Shown: positions 50,186-64,000 of the stretch, one piece after another
Layout of the letters: every line of letters begins with the position of its first letter
Numbering within the stretch: the stretch's first letter is position 1
NCBI RefSeq assembly: GCF_009914755.1
Contig: NC_060943.1
Source: the human T2T-CHM13v2.0 reference genome, Homo sapiens
Strand: one strand, 5' to 3'
Length of the DNA stretch: 64,000 nt
The notes under the pieces: generated by a model
The model's input: the letters and a program-made list of their open reading frames with translations, nothing else
What the model was told of the DNA's origin: nothing
The model's database searches: none
Made by a program: the position numbers and the translations under genes

Positions 50186-51420
50186 GTGTCACCGCGAACA
50201 CCAGCGTCCCCCGCTCCCCAGCACTCCCCTTTTGGCGCTCACACGCAGCGTCTGCCGGCCACATGAGGGCGCGCGCAGCACGCCCAGGCGCCCACCCTGC
50301 CCCGAGAGGCCGCAGGGAGGAGGTGGCCACAGGGAGGAGGGCCAGGCGGGAGATGAAGGGGAGACTCGGGACCAGAGGAAGCACGGCAGGGAGCCAGGGA
50401 CCGGAGGGAGAGGACAGAAGATGGACACAGAGAAATTCACAGACAGGGGAGGGAGATGCAGGGAGAGTCAGAGAGACGCAGGGGGCTATAGGGACACAGA
50501 TTTAGAGAAGGAGCGAGCTAGGGACTCAGAGAGACAGAGACGGGGAGGGCGCTGCGGAGAGAGGGACAGGAGAGGCAGAGACAGACAGGACACAGAGAGA
50601 CCGGGGTAGGAGAGAGACACCCAAGCCGAAACTCAGAGACAGGGACGAAGACGCAGACACACAGAGATGGAGGCAGAGGCGGCCAGAGAGACAAAGAGAT
50701 GCACAGAGGGCGCCTTCCAGTGGGGACCCGACGACGGAGGCGGGGCCTGCAGAGGCGCGACCGAAGGGGAGGGGTCCGGGGCGGGGTTTCTAAGGGGGCG
50801 TGCCCCTCGGTGTACCTGGGGGCGTGTCCCGATGGACGGGGCTTGGGGTTCTTTCTGGACCTGGAGAAGGCGGGAGCCCTAGGAAGAGGTGGAGGTGGGG
50901 AGGAGCATCTTTACTGCAGTCGGCCCACCCTAACTCGGTTTTCACCGCCTGGACAGGGAAGGGAGACGGGCGGGGAGGGGACCCCGACCCGAGTCCCTGG
51001 TGGAGATTTGGGTCTCGGACCCTAGCTCCCCTCCCCCCTCCCCTTGCGGGCTCAACGGGGCCAGATAAAGGAGGGAAACCAAGCCCACATCTGGAAAGCA
51101 TCAGGCGCGCCGGACGTGCCAGGGCCCCAGGCCCGGCTGCGGAAGAGGGGAGGGGAGCCAAGGCGCTCCTCGCCCCGCCATCGGGGTCCGCCGGCGCCGA
51201 GGAGGGGCCTGGGCGTGTGCCGAGCCTCCGCGCCTCTCGCAGCTGGTTTCTATCAGCAGTCTGGCCTGGGCAGCCCCCGAGGAGGAAACCAGCTCAGAGA
51301 GGGGGAAGACAGGGTGACGATCCAGTCTTCCCTCCCGCTCCTCCACCGCGGCCAGAAGCTGGGGGATGGGGGAGACGGACAGACAGACACTGCCTGCCGT
51401 GAGCGCAGCCTCCGTTCCTC
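50150..51420. promoter_or_regulatory. CpG-rich island upstream of GNG8 (possible distal promoter or enhancer)
   Basis: Raised CpG density and GC boxes; a minus-strand CAG|GTACAC donor-like site at 50815. Confidence 0.45.
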
Positions 51421-52544
51421 TCCTGAGCTGCAGACCGCAGCAGATGACCTCAGTTCCTGTCCTGTGCCCCAGCCTCATGACAGCCTAGCGCTTGAAGGCA
51501 TTACAGTCCCCATTTTTTGGAAGAGGAAACTGAGGCCCTGGATTCGGATTCCGTTCTGACGTTAATTATTCAAGAAATCATCAACAAACGGCAAGAGTGA
51601 ATTCCAGGATCAAATACCCAGCCGCCTGGGTGTTTAGTGGGTCTCTCGAGCTCAACGCATCCAATACTGAGCTGATTCCATCGACCAAAATTCGCTCTTA
51701 TTTCAGGTTTACCCATCTCAAGTGATGGTAAATCTCTGAGTTTTTGTTGTTGTTTTGAAACAGGGTCTTGCCTGTCGCCCAGGCTGGAGTGCAGTGGTGC
51801 AATCATAGCTCACTGCAGCCTGAACTCCTGGGCTCAAGTGATCCTCCTGCCTCAGCCTCCCCGGTAACTGGGACTACAGGCATGCACAACCATGAACAGG
51901 TTTTGTTTTGTTTTTTAACAGAATCTCACTCTGTCACTCATGCTGGTGTACAGTGGCACAATCTCGGCGCGCTGCAACCTCCGCCTCCCAAGCTCAAGCA
52001 ATTCTCATGCCTCAGCCTCCTGAGTAGCTGGGATCACAGGCATGTGCCACCAAATCCGGCTACTTTTTTTGTATTTTTAGTAGAGATGGGATTTCACCAT
52101 GATGGCCAGGCTGGTCTCAAACTTTGGCCTCAAGTGATCCACCTGCCTCAGCCTCCCAAAGTGCTGGGATTACAGGCGTGAGCCACTGTAACCAGCCTAA
52201 CTTTTTATTTTTTTTTAGAGGCAGGGTCTGGCTATGTTGCTTAGGCTGGTCCTGAACTGTGAGCCACCACACCTGGGCTGGGGTCATCCTTGACTCCCCG
52301 CCTTCTCTCACACTCCACAAGTCACCCAGTAAGACATCCTGTTGGCTTTATCTTCAAAGCAATTCCAGAATCCAATCCCTCTCACTTCCTCTGCTGTCCC
52401 CACTTGGGTCCAGACACCGTTCCCTCCTGCTTGGACTATTACAGTGACCTCTGCATTGACCTCCTATCTTCTCCCTGTCCCCCTCAGCCTGTTTCCCACA
52501 GAGCAGCCAAAAGGACACTGTTTCAAACTGTCCCCATATAATAG

Positions 52545-54118
<1,574 letters not shown>

Positions 54119-54386
54119 CCCTCCCCCCCACCAAAAAAAAAACTTTAAAAACTCTCTTTTATATGCTCAGAATTCTCCCATGGGTGCCAGGAAATAAAAA
54201 CCAAAATCCCCACCATAGCCCACGAGGCCCCCATGATGTGACAGTCCTTACCTCTTCTCCCTCTCACCTCCCCACTCCAGCTGGCCTCCTTGCTGTTTTG
54301 CCAACATGCCAGGCAGAGTTTTGCCTCAGGGCCTTTGCACTGGCTATTTCCTCTGCCCAGGATATTCTTCCCCAAGATATTCATAA

Positions 54387-54740
<354 letters not shown>

Positions 54741-55542
54741 TAGACCATTCTTGATCACTCTACTTAAAATTACACACTCCCTTGGCCAGGCACACTGGCT
54801 TATGCTTGTAATCCCAACACTTCGGGAGGCTTAGGCAGGAGGATCACTTGAGACTAGGAGTTGGAGACCAGCCTGGGCAACATGGTGAGACCCTGCCTCT
54901 GCCAAAAAAAATAAAAATTAGCCATGCATGGTGGTGTGTGCCAAGCTGCTTGGGAGACTGAAGCAGAAGGATCCCTTTAGCCCAGGAGGTCAAGGTTGTA
55001 GTGAGCCATGGTTATGCCACTGCACTCCAGCCTGGGTGACAAAGTGAGACCCTATCTCAAAAAATAATAAGTAAAATTACAAACTCCCCGCTTCACCACC
55101 CCACCCAATCCCCTCATATCTCTGGTCAGTTTTTCCCTATAGTCATCACCTTTAACAAACTATAGAATATATTTATTATGGTACCACCACCACCACCCCC
55201 AGCTTCCCTCCCTGGGACCCATTCCTGGTATATCCTTTTTAAGATCATGGTTCCAGCAAATAGACCATGTAGGGCACTGACTAAGGCCATGAACTCTGAA
55301 AATAGTGTGCCTGAATTTGAATCCTGGCTTTGCCACCTATGAGCTTCAGATACATTTTTGTTTGTTTGTTTGTTTGTTTGTTTTTGAGATGGAGTCTCAC
55401 TCTGTCACCCAGGCTGGAGTTCAGTGGTGTGATCTTGGCTCACTACAACCTTACAACCTCTGCCTCCCAAGTTCAAGTGATTCTCCTGCCTCAGCCTCCC
55501 AAGTAGCTGGGATTACAGGCGCCCACCACCACACCTGGCTAA

Positions 55543-55867
<325 letters not shown>

Positions 55868-55934
55868 TTAATTATTAGTGGAGACAGGGTTTCACCGTGT
55901 TGGCCAGGCTGGTCTCGAACTCCTGACCTGGTGA

Positions 55935-56074
55935 GACGTGACTTTCACCTTCCGCCATGATTGTGAGGCCCCCCCAGCCACGTGGAACTGTGAGTCTATG
56001 AAACCTCTTTTTCTTTAAAAATTACCCAGTCTCAGGTTATATCTTTATCAGCAGCATGAAAACAGACTAATACA
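55935..56074 (+). mobile_element. THE1-type MaLR LTR 3' fragment
   Basis: ccatgattgtgaggcc...gaactgtgagtc...atctttatcagcagcatgaaaacagactaataca. Confidence 0.75.
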
Positions 56075-57526
56075 GGTGGAGAGGATTAAATGGGTCAATA
56101 TGTGTAAAGTGGTGAGAATAGAGTCCAGCACGTCATAAGTGCTCAAATAAGTGTTAGCTGTTATTTTTTGTAAGCACTAAAACCTTAAAAGGGAGACCCT
56201 TAAATATCCATCCATATTTACTTCAACCATTTTGGCCACTAAGTGACCTATGTAGCCCTAGACAAACAAATCTCTTCTCCTTTCTGACTTCAGTTGCCCC
56301 TTTTATGGAATGAAGTTGGAGTAATTGTTCCCAAGGACCTGCCAAGCAATAGCTTTTCCTGGAAAAACTTTTAAAAATAACTTTTATTCATTATTACTCT
56401 AAGTGAAACATAGGTCTATCCCTCACCCTACCCCCACCATAGAAGCTCCGTAGGGCAGGGTTTTTTTTTCCTGTTTTGTCCCCTGCTCTAACCCCAGTGC
56501 CTGGCTGGGCGCTGAAGATACAAGTGAACACAGCAGGCCTGGTCCCTGCTCTTTCCGAGCTCAAAGGGAGGTAGATCTACCCATGCAGATTCAAAGGTCA
56601 AAGCAGCAACACACACCCCATCCTTCTGACTGTGGATTCAGGTGGGGGCTGGGTCCTAGCCCTGGATCCCCCTTGCTTTGTGACCAGGGAAAGTAATGGC
56701 TCTTCTCTAAGCCTCCATTTACCCACCTGAGAACTGAGTATAATTTTACATACCCAATAGAAAAACAGGACGAGCACGGTGGTTCACGCCTGAAATCCTA
56801 ACACTTTTGGTGGCCAAGGTGCAAGGATTGCTTGAGGTCAAGAATTCAAGGCCAGCCTGGGCAATATAGTGAGAGTTCATCTCTACAAAAAATTGGAAAA
56901 TTAGCCAGGCGTTGTGGTGCATGCCTGTTAGTCCCGGCTGCTCAGGGGGGTTGAGGTGGGAGGATTGCTGAAGCCCAGGAGTTCGAGGCTGCAGTGAGCT
57001 ATACCACTGCACTCCAGGCTGGGTGACAGATCAAGACCCTGTCTCAAAAAAAAATAATAAAAAATAAGAAGGAAGGAAAGAAGGAAAGAAGGAAGGAAGG
57101 AAGGAAAAGAGTAAAAAGGCAATTCACATAAGAGGAAATGCAAGAGCCAATAAGCACCCAAAACTATGTGTTACCTCAAGGAAAAGGGAGGAAACGTGCT
57201 AATTAAAACAGAACACAGTTTCTCCCCATAAGATTTGCAAAATGAAAATGATCAATAGCATCTATCGTTTGGTGAAGGGGTAGAAAACAGACATCTGAAA
57301 AACTGCTGTTAGAAATGTCAGCTGGGGGCAGTGCTAATGGATGGAAGTGTGGCAGTGTCCATTAAAAGTTCTTAAATTGGCATACTATTAATGACCAAGC
57401 AACTCTATTTCTAGGAATGGGTCCTATAAAAATACACACAGACATGCACAAAGAGGCAAATACAAGGACATTACTGTAGCAAGATTCATAATAGCAAAAG
57501 AATTGGAGAGCTGACAATAGGGTTAG

Positions 57527-57859
<333 letters not shown>

Positions 57860-58762
57860 TAATGGAGTCTTATATGCACCTATCAATAATAATATAGTGA
57901 TAGGAAAATGTGTTACCTAAATTTAGATGAAATGGGCCAGACATGGTGGCTCACATCTGTAATCCTAACACTTTGGGAGGCCAAGGCAGGAGGATCACTT
58001 CAGCCTACGAGTTCAAGACCAGCCTGGGCAACATAAGGAGATCCCATCTCTACAAAAAGTTTAAAAATAGCTGGGCAGGGTGACGTGGACCTGTGGTCCC
58101 AGCTACTCAGGAGGCTGAAGTGGGAGGACTGTTTGAGCCTGAGGGTTGATGCTACAGTGAGTCATCATCACACCACTGCTCTCCACCCTGGGTAATAGAG
58201 CAAGACCCCATCTCAAAAAACAAAAGAAAAAATAAGTAGATTTAGACGAAATGGACAAATTCTTAGATGAATAGGGCCTAGCAAAACTGACACAAGAAAA
58301 AATAGAAAACCTAAATAGTACTATAACTATCAAAGAAATTCAATCCTTAATTTAAACCCTCCCCATAAAGAAATCTTCAGGCACAGAGATTTCACACAAA
58401 GAAGTGATAAACACTGCATATAGTTCAATTTATGTAAATATATAATTTCACACATATATTACATATATAACTATATGTATATTCATACATATATATTTAT
58501 ATAGTTATTTAGATTCATATATATATGCAAACACATAAACATGGGAGGATGCACATCGAACTGCTGATTATGATGACCGTCAGAGAGGGGATTTAGGGGC
58601 TGTCTGTTTCCCATGCTGTTCCCATTTTTGTGAAACCATATTTTTTTGTTTTTTGAGACAGGGTCTTGCTTGTCATCCACGCTGGCGTGCAGTGACACAA
58701 TCATGGCTCACTGCAGCCTGGGCCTCCCAGACTCACATGATTCTCCCACCTCAGCCTCCTGA

Positions 58763-58975
<213 letters not shown>

Positions 58976-59161
58976 TAGATTCCTTGATGTAAAATAGCCA
59001 ATGGTAGGAAGATGATGTTGAGATTCACCCTGGGACCTCCCTGGAAACTGCCATATCCACAGCAAACAGAAGTTGCTCAATAAATGTTAGTCCAAAGGAA
59101 AAAGAGCATTTCTCCCATTTAATCATTCAGTGAGAGTCCACCACATATGTTACACTGTGCA

Positions 59162-59167
59162 TTTATT
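59162..59167 (-). terminator. DACT3 polyA signal
   Basis: AATAAA within TGTAAATAAAT ~850 nt after the stop. Confidence 0.8.
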
Positions 59168-60015
59168 TACAAAGAGGTTAGAGAAACACACAGAATCTGG
59201 CCCCCCTTTGCACTGGGGAGTCACCATCGTCATAATAAATACAGTAATTTTAAAAAAGAAAAAAAATACTAGATTGGAACAGCTGAGGGTCATCAGGCTT
59301 CCCCCATTCCCTCTCACAGGGAGTGGGGGTCATGAGATAGAAACCATCTTCCTTCCCCTCTTCTACCTCCGAATCCTCCATAATTGTCCAGGGATCGAAG
59401 TGAAAGAGTCCTTCTTTCCAGGTGTTACCAACCCCTACTTGACCCTCAAAACCCCCAAATCAGTGCTCCTTCCCTTCCCAGGGCACTCTGCAGGGACCAC
59501 CTGAGTCAGACACAGAGTCTCTGACCAGGGTGCCAAGGGGATATCTTAAGGGTCCAGGGACATGGAGGGGGCACTTTGTGAATGAGAGGGGGCCATAGCT
59601 GGGCAAGGAAAGGAGGAATGAGAGGGCTCATCAGGAATGAGAGGGAGAGCGGTGGAGGGGAACAAACAGACTAGGCTTCTAAACTAAAACGGGGAAATTC
59701 AAACCGAATTACCCCTTTTGCATACATGGACACTTACTGTACAGATGAGGAAAGTGACGCCCAGAGAAGGGGAACTGTCTTGCCCAAGGGCTTCCAAGCT
59801 AGAAGCTGAACTGGGTCAAACAGGGCTCCTCCCCATTCCTCTCGGTGGTGGTGGGGGAGCCTTTTCAACCAAGACTGTTAGGAGTGGGGAGAGTGAGGGG
59901 GGTCTTTGGAAGCAGAGAAAACGATGGTCTTTGGAAGGTAGATGTGGAAGGGTCAGTGGTTGGGAGTGTGGAGGTGCAGAGGCCATGAAGGGGGAGCCCA
60001 AGCAAATCCCCAAAC

Positions 60016-61406
60016 TCACACTGTAGTCATGACCTTGAGAGAACCCGAACGGAAACGCAGTATCTTTTTCTTGAGCGCGTGGGAAGCTTTGATTTTCACG
60101 AAGACTTTGGCGGGGCCTGCGGGCGCCCCTGCACCTGCTCCACCCCCAGAGGCCGCGGTGGCCGCCACCAGCTGCTGCGGCCACACGAGGCCACCGCTGC
60201 CGTCTGAGTCGCTGGAGGCAGAGCTGAAGGCAGGCGATTCTCCCTCGCTGGCGCTCGATTCGCTCTCCCCGTAACCCCCGCCGACGCCTCCCGCAGGCCC
60301 CCGGCGTCCCAGGGGCCCCAGGCGCCCAGCCGAGCACTCGGAGTCGCTGCCCGCGCAGCCGTAAAGCAGACGACGCTGGGGAGCTGACGGGGACGGGCCG
60401 GGGCCGGGAACACGCGCCGCAGGGGCTCGGGGCCGCACGCGGCGCCCATCGGCAGCGTCGATCTCCGCAGTGGAGCGCCAGCGACGGCAGGACCCTGCGG
60501 CCTGGGCCGCCAGCGTGGGCGCTGGGCCGCGGCGTGGCCGTGGAGGCCGAGGCTCTTCCCGCTCCGCCGTGGGGTACTTAGGGGGCCCCGAAGGGACCGC
60601 GGAGGCGCGGCCCAGCAGGCTGGTCTCAGACTGGGAGCGCGAGGCCTTGCGGGCCCTGGGCGAGCCGCGGCGGCCCGAAGCCTCGGCCATGCGTCCACGG
60701 CGGCCGGCGGCCCGGGGACGCTCCCGGGGTGGTGACTGCTCCACGCTGCGGCCGCGGGTCAGTGGCGGCGGTTTGCGGCGGGCGGCGCGGCCAGGGAGGC
60801 CTCGGGTGGCCGCCTGCGCGCCCGGGATGTACTGCGCCTTCACCAAGCGGCCCTCAGCCGGGCTGTCGGGGGGTGAGGGGGCGGCGGGCGGCGCAGCGGG
60901 CTCGGGTGCCGCCTCCGACTCCCACGACGACGCCCAGGCGCGGCTCAAGGCGGCAGGGCTGGTGGGGTGGCCCCCGACGCGCTCCAACGAGGGCTCCCGC
61001 GCGGGTCGCGCGCTGCCGGGGGACGGAGACGCGTCGGGCGGCCGCTGGCGCACGCTGTTCTGGCGCCGCGGGCCGCCGTCCGCGCCCCCGGGACTGGTCC
61101 GGGGCTGGCCCGCCCCCCGGCGGCGGCGCCTGCGCAGGAGCGCCGAGATGTAGCCGTCCAGGGGCCGCCCTGCGCCCCCCGCGTCGGGCGAGTCGGTGGG
61201 AGGGCGGCCGCAGGGCCGCGGGCTGCGCATCGCCACGGCGTGCAGGGGGCTGGGCGTCAGAAAGGGCCCGGCGCGGGCCCGCCGCTCCGCCGAGGAGCAG
61301 GCCTCCGGGCCGGCGGACCCCCCTGCCGTCGGGTAGGGCGCTGAGAAGGACCGCGGCACCGCTGCCCGCGCGCCCACCACCTCCGGAGCGCTGGGACTGG
61401 CGTCTC
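60016..61406 (-). CDS. DACT3: Dapper homolog 3, terminal coding exon (phase-1 start, ...[16 protein letters not shown])
   Basis: Polypyrimidine tract + tag|GA GAC GCC...; Dapper motifs [33 protein letters not shown] and the PDZ-binding MTTV end; 1391 nt. Earlier exons lie beyond the window. Confidence 0.97.
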
Positions 61407-61659
61407 CTAGGGAAGGAAGGCCAAAAAAAAAAAAAAAGAGAGAGTGGAGGGGCTCTCAAAGTCCTTTCCCATTTCTCATCCAGCCCGGAAGGGGCGGGTT
61501 GCCTCCCTCCCTTCCATCCTCATCGCAGCAAAAACCCTGCTCTCACACCTTCCTTCTTGTAAAATTCATAATAAAATCTTTACAGGGTCCTACAAGACCC
61601 TGCGTGACTTGTCCTGCCTCTGCCTCTGCCTCTCCAACTCTCACAACATCTTACCCCCT

Positions 61660-64000
<2,341 letters not shown>

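Noticed and set aside
49552-50505. 317-aa His/Thr/Ser-rich ORF
   Set aside because: CA-rich low-complexity DNA lacks stops; non-ATG start.
56593-56600. NR4A NBRE site AAAGGTCA
   Set aside because: A single 8-mer is expected by chance in 64 kb.
59079-59084. + strand AATAAA suggesting an antisense transcript end
   Set aside because: Part of the common L2 tail motif ctcaataaatg, with no supporting exon structure.
60096-61562. Several 200-277 aa ORFs overlapping DACT3
   Set aside because: Stop-poor frames caused by very high GC content.

Overview
Human (primate) genomic DNA that I recognise as the chr19q13.32 CALM3-PTGIR-GNG8-DACT3 interval; it is not prokaryotic, and I see no CRISPR array, tRNA or rRNA. 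Hand-spliced GT-AG models give CALM3 (+, 6 coding exons, 149 aa calmodulin), PTGIR (-, 2 coding exons, 386 aa prostacyclin receptor), GNG8 (-, 2 coding exons, 70 aa G-protein gamma 8) and the terminal coding exon of DACT3 (-). A divergent first exon (MAEMRAW...RWWW, PPP5D1/PPP5D1P) leaves the CALM3 CpG-island promoter on the minus strand. The rest is very Alu-dense, with old L1, L2, MIR, LTR and DNA-transposon remnants and several mini/microsatellites. Most ORF-track entries are Alu or GC-rich shadow frames. The most notable second-look items are: a fossil Alu-Alu inversion inside an old L1 whose original junction survives in a stray duplicate; an Alu flanked by a ~155-bp duplication; a candidate 68-nt PTGIR cassette exon that would truncate the receptor and escape NMD; a 120-nt GT-AG intron candidate in the CALM3 3'UTR; and an identical ERE/ERRE/DR0 14-mer on both sides of PTGIR. 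I found no convincing wholly new protein-coding system. Repeat boundaries, subfamily calls and TSS positions are by-eye estimates.
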